A DNA stretch of 64,000 bases from Haliotis rufescens (Eukaryota): assembly GCF_023055435.1 (NCBI RefSeq), contig NW_025963779.1, forward strand, positions 70,246,001-70,310,000, read 5' to 3'. Within the stretch, counting starts at the first letter, position 1; each line of letters starts with the position of its first letter. The notes below the pieces were generated by a model. The model made no database searches. It was not told the origin of the DNA and saw nothing but the letters and a program-made list of their open reading frames with translations. A program made the position numbers and the translations under genes. This document shows positions 50,101 to 62,100 of this stretch, piece after piece.

Positions 50101-53100
50101 AGTAACATGAGTAAACATATTGTTGCACAATCTAAACTTATAATACTCATATTTGAGGGAGTGAGTGATTGAGTGTGGTTTTACGCCGCTTTTAGCAATA
50201 TTCCATCAATATCACGGCGGGGGGGGGGGCACCAGAAATGGGCTTCACACATTGTACCCATTTCGGGACTCAAACCAGGGTCTTCGGGTCCATGTTGCTT
50301 TTGTCATTAGAGCTGAAGCATATTAAGTGCAATTACGATTTGGATTGGAGATCTATTGGGGAAACACTATGGGACAGCAAGTAGCTCTGTGTAGCAACAG
50401 GTCAAAATAGAAATCGTTTATAGGGTGCAGCACAGATAGGCTACTGCACCAAGGTGTCTGGACTAACAAGGTTTAATCATTGTACACCATAATCATCTTT
50501 ACGCCATGTTAGAGAATATCAAACAGAACATAATCATAGCTGGAATTTATCTAATAGTCATACGGGAGCTGTCAAAATATTTCTCTCAAATAATTTTACT
50601 ACTGCATGGTTCAACAGAGAAATATGATCAAAATGGCAATCTGACAGTAAAGTAAGTTCCACAATTGCAATTAATGAGTTTCTAAATATGTCCGCCATGC
50701 TATAAATGGATAAAAAATCAAAATATGCCGAAAACAAAATATATGTTATTCTGAGAACCACATACTTGCACTTCTCAATTTTCATAATGATACATTGCTG
50801 AAAATGAAATTTCCAATATTGTTCCCGTGGTGACCATGTGTGAACTTGGATCTGAATTCTGTGAGCAGTCTTTAGAAACACCATAGCAAAGATCATTCAT
50901 GTTTTTTCAAATCTGGTAAAAATATTGAAAGATGTACTATGAAAAGTTGATGACAGCAAGAAAATATCATTATGTCATTCGTCTCGTGCAAATTCACTGA
51001 AAGCACATGTCCTACCTCTTGAATGAAGCTTTTGGCAAACTTCCTCAGTACATCCGGGGCAATCTTGGGCACCCGCTCACTGTACTCGCCAATGAGCCAC
51101 AAGATGCTGGCTCGGGCCATGGGCACCATGATCTTCTCCACCATCTTAGCCATGTGACAAATGATGTCCTTGTGCTCCGATGGCTGAAAAATGTTGATAT
51201 TTTGCAAAACAAACAATTTTCCTGAAGAACATACAAATCTGTTTCTAGAATCATGTACAATCACACCAGAACCTCATTGTTTTTCTAACAACTGTGGAAT
51301 TCTGGCTTGAGCAAAATATGGTAAAATACAGTGTACATTGTAAGTCCAGTTAGTTTTGTATGTGGATCATTAAAAACTAAGCTAGGAGAATAAATTTTGG
51401 AACAGTGTCAAACACATGATACTGATATAATCCTAAGCTAAATGTGTAGTCCTAGTTTATGGTTTTGATTTGGTCAGTCAAACCATCTCACTAGTGTTTG
51501 CAAATTGATCACATAATCCGAGTACACATTCACAACAGTCCAACAAGCCAAGGGTTTACAAAATGTCTCACACAACTTTTAATCATGATCTTTATCTACA
51601 TAAATATCTGACAGTAACACTACTTTATCTCTGTTGCCATCATTAAATTGAGTGAATTTTGTTTAACCCTGCATTCATCAATACATGTATTAGTCACATC
51701 AAAGCCTACATGACAACCCCTTCTAATTTTCTCTGCACCATCTCCGTAGTCTAGCGCATAATGGCAGGTTAGTGGTTCAATCCCTGGCCGCTCATACCAA
51801 CAGATGTTAAAGATAATACTTGTCTTTACCCTGCCTGTGTTCACCATTCAGAGACTAAAACAAGGACTGTTCGTCTCGGAGTCTGATGTGCCTGAGTGTA
51901 GTGTACCATGTCAAACAGCAGCATCTGTCCAGACAAATACAAGCAGACACACGCACGCACGCACGCACGCACGCACGCGCGCATGCACGTCGCTGTGTAA
52001 GTGCAACAGTTTTGAGCGTGACGTTCAACCCCATTTCACCTCACCCACCACCTCTAATCTGCTCTTACAACAAATGTAAGATACTGAGGGCATTCTCTGC
52101 CCCCGACAGGTATGAATAACTTCACCTGATGAAGGAGTAAGCATATACTCAGAAACGTTGTGTTCATTCACCTGATGAAAGATGGCATATACTCCGAAAT
52201 GTGGTGGTCATTCACCTAATGGAGGAGTAAGCATTAATACTCCGAAACATTGTGGTCATTCACCTGATGAAGGAGTAAGCATATACTCCTAAACGTTAGT
52301 TCATTTACCTGATGAAGGAGTAAGCATATACTCCAAAAAGCTGTGTTCATTCACCTGATGAAAGATGGCATATACTCCGAAACGTTGGTTCATTCACCTG
52401 ATGAAGGAGTAAGCATATACTCCGAAACGTGGTGGTCATTCACCTGATGAAGGAATAAGCATATACTCTGAAACGCTGTGTTCATTCACCTGATGAAGGA
52501 GTAACCATATACTCCGAAAAGCTGTGTTCATTCACCTGATGAAAGATGGTATATACTCCGAAACGTTGGTTCATTCACCTGATGAAGGAGTAAGCATATA
52601 CTCCGAAACGTTGTGGTCATTCACCTTATGAAGGAGTAAGCATATACTCCGAAACGTTGGTTCATTCACCAGATGAAGGAGTAAGCATATACTCCGAAAC
52701 ATTGTGTTCATTCACCTGATGAAGGAGTAAGCATATACTCCGAAACATTGGTTCATTCACCTGATGAAGGAGTAAGCATATACTCTGAAACGTTGTGTTC
52801 ATTCACCTGATGAAGGAGTAAGCATATACTCCGAAATGTTGTGTTCATTCACCTGATGAAAGATGGCATATACTCCGAAACGTGGTGGTCACTCACCTGA
52901 TGAAGGAGTAAGCATATACTCCGAAACGTTGGTTCATTCACTTGATGAAAGATGGCATATACTCCGAAACGTGGTGGTCATTCACCTGATGAAGGAGTAA
53001 GCATATACTCCGAAACATTGTGTTCCTCATAATAAAGAAGCTGATATCCATAAATTCTCTTCCTTATGTGAATCACTTCTAACTGCCTTTCAAAGACCTT

Positions 53101-56100
53101 CAGCTATGACAATTCACACAATCCATCAGCGAGTCAGTAAGTGCACTAGACTTTCAACAGTATCTCAACTCATAGAGGGCTTCCCCAACCTGGTCCCCAT
53201 ATTGTGCCTACTTGTGGGCATTGAAATTAACATCAGGTGAGAAACTGGCACATTGTCTGAGTAATTAGAGTCATGATTTAACTGCTAAATTGAGATACAG
53301 TAAACTACGGTTATAACAAACAGAAAACTACGGTTACAACAAAGAGGGACGGCTACTTTTAGTGTGTTATAATCGAAGTTCGTTATAAGCTTATACACAC
53401 CATATATACAGCAAATAGGCAGGACCCAAAAACAGTTTGTTATATCATCAGTTCATTATAAACGTAGTTTACTGTACATCATAAATTTAAACTAGGAGAC
53501 AAAAAAGTGGCGTTAGAGGATTGGTTGGTTTGTTGTTTAACGCCGCACTCAGCAATATTCCAGCTATATGATGGCGGTCTGTAAATAATCGAGTCTGGAC
53601 CACACAATCCAGTGATTGATATCATGAGTAGTGATCCACGCAGTTGGGATACGATGACATGCATATCGCCTTTTACGGCAAGCATGGGTTGCTGAAGACC
53701 TAATCTACCCGGATCTGTTAATCAGCTTGTGAATAACTCTTTAATATTAACATGAAAACATGAAAGTCCAAAGGGACACAAGCTGTAAACGTCTACCACT
53801 TTGGTAAAACCCATGAGCACAGGTAAGGATCTGACCCATAAGGATCATAATCAGGGTGAAACTGGGATTCAAACCCAAGATCAGCGGATCCTGGCATTAC
53901 AAAGTGATGTAACTCTCTCCATAGCACCTTGTCACAGAGCTTTCTCTCGGGCATCTACATTATGTAATCCCCCCATGGATGAGTGAGTGAGTATGGTTTT
54001 ACGCCGCTTTTAGCAATATTCCAGCAATATCACGGCGGGGGACACCAGAAATGGGCTTCACACATTGTACCCATGTCGGGAATCGAACCCGGGTCTTCGG
54101 CGTGACGAGCGAACGCTTTAACCACTAGGCTACCCGACCGCCCCCCCCCCCCCATTGGATGAATTGGTACTGTAATGTAACTCTTATATCATATCACACA
54201 CAATACACATCTTTAACACTGAACCCACTTGTGGAAATTGTAACACAATGAACAAGGCCCTCAGATCTAATGAAAAATAGAAATTGTTCGGATCACATAA
54301 ACATGATAAACTCAAGCATCTGATTTCATCATGTCACTCTGACCTCAAGTGGTATTTCAAATATGCAGTGTGCAGAGAATGAAATAACAACAGAAACTGA
54401 GTTAATTCTGCAAACATGCTGTTGCCATTCCCAGCATGGCAAAGTCTAAACAAAAGGAGCTAAACAAAATGTCTAAACAAATTCTTTGACATGCTGCACC
54501 TACTAATAACTTTTAACTAAAAAATACGATCTAATTCAAGTTCTCAGTATTTCCTGTATTTGAATTACTGATAAAAAATTGATGCAATCCAACGATGAAG
54601 ATGCTGAAGGTAATAAAATATTCCTTGAAACTTTTCAAACACCTTTCCACACATTTGCCGAAGCTGTGCAAACTACGTCTACAAGATGTGCAACCGATCC
54701 CACTACCCATTAGAAACAACTTCTCCACCATGTTCACAACCCATCAAGCATTATGCATATTCAAGTTCAGTATCAAACAAGAGAATGAGAAAAGCGTTTG
54801 CCAGCATCTCAGCAAGAGGTTCTAAATATGGAGGTAATTTCAATTTGTACATATCATGATNNNNNNNNNNNNNNNNNNNNNNNNNNNNNNNNNNNNNNNN
54901 NNNNNNNNNNNNNNNNNNNNNNNNNNNNNNNNNNNNNNNNNNNNNNNNNNNNNNNNNNNNNNNNNNNNNNNNNNNNNNNNNNNNNNNNNNNNNNNNNNNN
55001 NNNNNNNNNNNNNNNNNNNNNNNNNNNNNNNNNNNNNNNNNNNNNNNNNNNNNNNNNNNNNNNNNNNNNNNNNNNNNNNGTTCATACTAGTATGTAACCA
55101 AAACAAACAGTTGAAAGCAAATACACAATGTATACAATCAACCTGGGAAAGGGCCTCCCTACATAAATGTATTCGACTACCGTTGGACTTGGAATATTAA
55201 AGGATTTTATTGGGGGTTTTTCAAAATGGAAATAAAAACGAAACATGCAGCAAACTTTATGATGAGGCGGGCGGTGCCTGAGAACCAAGTCTATTAATTT
55301 TTTTTAGCCTAATATTCTGAAAATACAATTTTGTTTCTGTACAGATCTAAAAGATTTTGACAGGCAATGTGGCAAGAAAAGAAGAGCCTTGGGAGGTCAG
55401 GGGAGGGGCAGGGACAGGGAGGGGAGGGGAGGGGAGGGGAGGGGAGGGGATAGGGTTGGTGTGACTAACATGTTGGTAAAATAAAAATGTGGCGTTATGT
55501 AACAGTGTGTAAGGGAGAAGTGCATTATACTTTGACAACTGTATGTATCATTTTGGTTATCCGGGCAGCAAAACAGACAATTCCAGAGATCAGTGATGTC
55601 CTTTACAACAGTTTTCAGGAAAATGTAACTTCCTTGCCTCAAAGCATTGAAAGGAAGAAATATATTATTTAAATTGGAATAATTTGTTAAGTTTGGATGA
55701 CTGGCAAACGATGTAAAATGAGAGATAGGATGACACATAATGACAGATCCAGCAACAAGATGGGAGATGATGACAAAGGAAAGCCTCAGCCCATATTAGA
55801 TACCCTTTTTTTCTCGCTTGAAGTAGGCTAGAAAGGAAATAACATATTTATGACAGGATGTGCAATATGTACTGCTTAGAAAATGAATTGAGACAGTGCA
55901 GTAGACTTGTTAATGCATGGTTAACTGATAAAAGTAATTCATGTGAAAATTTCATTAAAAAAAGAAATACTTTGTAACTATGGTAACAATGACATGCAAA
56001 GAGCAGAGTGACTCCTTTTAGTAGATTATACAAATGTTGGTAAACTGTCTGTTGGATATGAAGATAACATGTGACAGTGGTATAAAAACTGCTCTGCAAG

Positions 56101-59100
56101 ATGAAATCACTAATTAATCACCAACAAGAACAGTCAGTACTTCACCATCATCATAAGAATCAGAATAATCATAACTACAGGTTTGCAACAGAGAGAGCAA
56201 ACATATAATACCACAGTAGTATTGTATTGGAGTAAAAGATCAGGATGCCGTTGTACAAAGCGATCTTAGCGCTTAGGTGATCGTAACTCCCATACCTTAA
56301 CATAGACTTACGACTGTCGTAGTGTTAAGGTTGTTTTGTACAACAGCACCCTGATCTTAATGAGACTGAACACTACCCATGGCTGTAGCTCACCATAATT
56401 GTGAAATCAATGGAGAGTTGGCTGGGTGTTTACCACCCTAGATCCAAGCCATCCTCTCTTCTCAGTATATTTGTGATTTGTTTCATTCAAGTAATGTTTG
56501 AAATAACCAATGAAGGAAATGAACAATAAAACGCTTCCTCCACACTCTTATGGAACGTTGAGGATTACTTATTCATACCAGCTTTAAGGCAGCATAAAGC
56601 AAACGACACTACTGTCAGTCTTTGTCAGGAGAAACAAAAGCATTTACATGGGCTCCTATTTCTTAAATATTTTTTTGTATCACATCTGTCCCCAATCTGA
56701 CTAATGTTACCCCTTAAAAGACGCTTTCCTTCTTCAACGAAACTGTCCCAACTCTTATTTTCACAACACAAAAGTTGTTTTTAACTTCATCACTTCATCT
56801 GTTTCTAATTACTTTTATAATTTACAGTTACCTTGTCATTACAAACAGTTCTAAATTTATGACTTTCTTCTCTTGCACACTCCTACGCTGTTGATAGAGA
56901 TTGGACATCATGTCAGATAATGGGACCATGATGGCTTCATAACAATACAGGAGATTAGACTACAGATGATGTAATGCCCCTAACATTCAAATAGTTCCTC
57001 ATCTCAACCATACATACAGTGTTAAATATACCAACATTTGACATACCGAAGTGTCCTGTAGCACTGTCGTGTAGAGTCCTGTAAGGAGTGAGTGTAATGT
57101 GTTACAGTGTACTGATGGTGTACTGTGCTGTGATGGTGTACTGTGCTGTGATGGTGTACTATGCTGTGATGGTGTAATGCGCTTTGATGGTGTGTGTACT
57201 GTGCTGTGATGGTGTGTGTACTGTGCTGTGATGGTGTGTTTACTGTGCTGTGATGGTGTGTTTACTGTGCTGTGATGGTGTACTGTGCTGTGATGGTCTA
57301 CTGTGCTGTGATGGTGTACTGTGCTGTGATGGTGTACTGTGCTGTGATGGTCTACTGTGCTGTGATGGTGTACTGTGCTGTGATGGTGTAAGATGTGGTT
57401 GACAGTGACACTGTGAGAGAGCTTCCTTTTTGACGTGGCTGACTGTGACACTGTGAGAGAGTGTTCTGTAAGATGTGGCTGACAGTGACACTGTGAGAAA
57501 GTGACCTGTAAGATGTAGCTGACAGTGACACTGTGAGAGAGTGTCCTGTAAGATGTGACTGACAGTGACACTGTGAGAGAGTGTTCTGTAAGATGTGGCT
57601 GACAGTGACACTGTGAGAGAGTGTCCTGTAAGATGTGGCTGACAGTGACACTGTGAGAGAGTGTTCTGTAAGATGTGGCTGACAGTGACACTGTGAGAGA
57701 GTGTTCTGTAAGATGTGGCTGACAGTGACACTGCGAGAGAGCTTCCAGTAAGACATGGCTGACAGTGACACTGTGAGACTGTGAGAGAGTGTCCTGTAAG
57801 ATGTGGCTGACAGTGACACTGTGAGAGAGTGTTCTGTAAGATGTGGCTGACAGTGACACTGTGAGAGAGTGTTCTGTAAGATGTGGCTGACAGTGACACT
57901 GCGAGAGAGCTTCCAGTAAGACGTGGCTGACTGTGACACTGTGAGACTGTGAGAGAGTGTCCTGTAAGATGTGGCTGACTGTGACACTGTGAGAGAGTGT
58001 TCTGTAAGATGTGGCTGACAGTGACACTGTGAGAGAGTGTCCTGTAAGATGTGGCTGACAGTGACACTGTGAGAGAGTGTTCTGTAAGATGTGGCTGACA
58101 GTGACACTGTGAGAGAGTGTTCTGTAAGATGTGGCTGACAGTGACACTGCGAGAGAGCTTCCAGTAAGACATGGCTGACAGTGACACTGTGAGACTGTGA
58201 GAGAGTGTCCTGTAAGATGTGGCTGACAGTGACACTGTGAGAGAGTGTTCTGTAAGATGTGGCTGACAGTGACACTGTGAGAGAGTGACCTGTAAGATGT
58301 GGCTGACAGTGACACTGTGAGAGAGTGTCCTGTAAGATGTGACTGACAGTGACACTGTGAGAGAGTGTTCTGTAAGATGTGGCTGACAGTGACACTGTGA
58401 GAGAGTGTCCGGTAAGATGTGGCTGACAGTGACACTGTGAGAGAGTGTTCTGTAAGATGTGGCTGACAGTGACACTGTGAGAGAGTGTTCTGTAAGATGT
58501 GGCTGACAGTGACACTGCGAGAGAGCTTCCAGTAAGACATGGCTGACAGTGACACTGTGAGAGAGTGTTCTGTAAGATGTGGCTGACAGTGACACTGTGA
58601 GAGAGTGTCCTGTAAGATGTGACTGACAGTGACACTGTGAGACTGTGAGAGAGTGTCCTGTAAGATGTGGCTGACTGTGACACTGTGAGAGAGTGTCCTG
58701 TAAGATGTGGCTGTTAGTGACACTGTGAGACTGTGAGAGAGTGTCCTGTAAGATGTGGCTGACAGTGACACTGTGAGAGAGTGACCTGTAAGATGTGACT
58801 GACAGTGACACTGTGAGAGAGTGTTCTGTAAGATGTGGCTGACAGTGACACTGCGAGAGAGCTTCCAGTAAGACGTGGCTGACAGTGACACTGTGAGACT
58901 GTGAGAGAATGTCCTGTAAGATGTGACTGACAGTGACACTGTGAGACTGTGAGAGAATGTCCTGTAAGATGTGACTGACAGTGACACTGTGAGACTGTGA
59001 GAGAATGTCCTGTAAGATGTGACTGACAGTGACACTGTGAGACTGTGAGAGAATGTCCTGTAAGATGTGACTGACAGTGACACTGCGAGAGAGCTTCCAG

Positions 59101-62100
59101 TAAGACGTGGCTGACAGTGACACTGTGAGACTGTGAGAGAATGTCCTGTAAGATGTGACTGACAGTGACACTGCGAGAGAGCTTCCAGTAAGACGTGGCT
59201 GACAGTGACACTGTGAGACTGTGAGAGAGTGTCCTGTAAGATGTGGCTGACAGTGACACTGTGAGAGAGTGTCCTGTAAGATGTGGCTGACAGTGACACT
59301 GTGAGACTGTGAGAGAGTGTCCTGTAAGATGTGGCTGACAGTGACACTGTGAGAGACATAACCCATGACATTAGTTAAAGAGTGGGCTATGCCCATCACT
59401 CACCCGCATTTGAAGGAGCTTCTTGATAACCACCACACTTTCAGCCACAACACTTTCTGCAACATTTGAATATTTATGGCTTATTAATCTGGCAATTAAA
59501 CATTTCACATTTCTCAAGAACATAAATAATTAATATTGTTCCAAAAGTTAGGGTAGGTATATCTGTAATACAAGAAGAGATTAAATTAAAGAATACAAAC
59601 ACTTCCGAATTGAGTAATTAGTTGCAGCCGATAGAAGACATAATTACAATATAACAAGGCATTGATGTCTTACCATCCCTGTTGGACATGAGATGCACGA
59701 GACCATTGAGACACGTATCAGTGATCTCGGAAATGTTGCTGGCACATCGTCCAATGGCCTGAATTGTAGCAGCTGCAAATTCCTTGTCAGGGCTTAACAC
59801 ATATGTCTGTGGAGAGATGGCACTAGGATTAGGGGGCACAACTATTACAACAGCATTGTGACAGTTTAATAAATACATTAATTACCCATAGGGTTAGAAA
59901 TAACCGAGTTCACAAATATTGTATGTACACTAGCGCAAATATACATTTTTTCATGCCCCAGTGTATTGTTTCAGTCATCTGAAAGGCACTGTCAATGTCA
60001 TTCGAATCTAACGTAAGGTCGGAATGACATCACATGAAATGATGTCATAGCTGAAGATCGTTGATGTCATTTGACAAATTGAAGTATTCTTGGACAGCAG
60101 TGAGGATCAGTGCATTTTTCAAAATGGGAGCTCAAAAGGATAAGAAATAATGGGTAAATAAACAATTTTTCACACTCACATGTGTGTCATACTGATTTTA
60201 CGAAACTTGTGTAAGAATTCATGTATTACTTCTCTCACGCTCGGGAAATACAAGAATTCTGACACTCATTTCGTAAAATCAGCATGACACACCTGCTCGT
60301 ATAGTAATCTCTATGTTCTGTCCTGTAACTCAGATTCCCTTGCAGTATACCACATGATGACAAACCCTAACATGCCTACCAGGATCTGGATTTAGCAGAT
60401 TACTTTGGAAGTTGTCAGGGAGTAAGTGAAGCACTCCTCATTCTTGTCTGAACATATAAACTTAGTCCAAAGTGTCTCATGTGGGATCAATATTGCATCC
60501 AAGCAAATGGAAGCACGAATGATCATAATGCTTTTTAATCTTTTATCCTATCGATACCATTGATGTACAATGTGATGTTTAGGCCATGGAAAATTGTGAT
60601 GCATCGACAGTTCAATCAGTTGATACACCCCTATATATGATGCATTGACAGTTCAATCAATTGATACACCTCTATATATGATGCATCAACAGTTCAATCA
60701 ATCGATACACCCCTATATATGATGCATTGACAGTTCAATCGATTGATACACCCCTATATATGATGCATTGACAGTTCAATCAATTGATACACCTCTATAT
60801 ATGATGCATCAACAGTTCAATCAATTGATACACCCCTATATATGATGCATTGACAGTTCAATCAATTGATACACCCCTATATATGATGCATTGACAGTTC
60901 AATCAATCGATACACCTCTCTATATGATGCATCAACAGTTCAATCCGTCGATACACCTATCTATATGATGCACTGATAGTTCAATCAGTCGATACACCCC
61001 TATATATGATGCATTGACAGTTCAATCAATCGATACACCTCTCTATATGATGCATTGACAGTTCAATCAATCGATACACCTCTATATGTGATGCATTAAC
61101 AGTTCAATCAATAGATACACCCCTATATATGATGCATTGACAGTTCAATCAATTGATACACCCCTATATATGATGCATTGACAGTTCAATCAGTTGATAC
61201 ACCTCTCTATATGATGCATTGACAGTTCAATCAATCGATACACCTCTATATATGATGCATTGACAGTTCAATCAATAGATACACCCCTATATATGATGCA
61301 TTGACAGTTCAATCAATCGATACACATCTATATATGATGCATTGACAGTTCAATCAATCGATACACCTCTCTATATGATGCATTAAAAGTTCAATCAATG
61401 GATACACCCCTATATATGATGCATTGACAGTTCAATCAGTTGATACGCCTCTATACATGATGTATTGACAGTTCAATCAGTTGATACGCCTCTATACATG
61501 ATGCATTGACAGTTCAATCAGTTGATACGCCTCTATACATGATGCATAGACAGTTCAATCAATTGATACACCCCTATATATGATGCATTGACAGTTCAAT
61601 CAATTGATACACCCCTATATATGATGCATTGACAGTTCAATCAGTTAATTCGCCTCTATACATGATGCATTGACAGTTCAATCAGTTGATACGCCTCTAT
61701 ACATGATGCGTAGAGAGTTCAATCAGTTGATACACACCTATATATGATGCATAGACAGTTCAATCAATTGATACACCCCTATATATGATGCATTGACAGT
61801 TCAATCAGTTGATACGCCTCTTTACATGATGCATTGACAGTTCAATCAGTTGATACGCCTCTATACATGATGCATTGACAGTTCAATCAGTTGATACGCC
61901 TCTATACATGATGCGTAGAGAGTTCAATCAGTTGATACACCCCTATATATGATGCATAGACAGTTCAATCAATTGATACACCCCTATATATGATGCATTG
62001 ACAGTTCAATCAGTTGATACGCCTCTATACATGATGCATTGACAGTTCAATCAGTTGATACGCCTCTATACATGATGCGTAGACAGTTCAGTCAGTTGAT

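Noticed and set aside
52121-53025. CRISPR array
   Set aside because: Units are contiguous with no unique spacers, there are no cas genes, and the context is a eukaryotic intron. The same applies to the 41-, 49- and 53-bp arrays.
53980-54142. Functional tRNA genes at SINE heads
   Set aside because: No proper acceptor stem or Pol III terminator, and the heads run into shared SINE bodies and tails in many diverged copies.
57388-59356. RAG/Transib RSS heptamers (CACAGTG on the minus strand of each unit)
   Set aside because: No nonamer or 12/23 spacer; a 7-mer multiplied by tandem amplification.
56999-59399. 790/719/443-aa ORFs
   Set aside because: Products of stop-free 40/48-bp and 18-bp tandem repeats, open in several frames, inside an AP3B intron.
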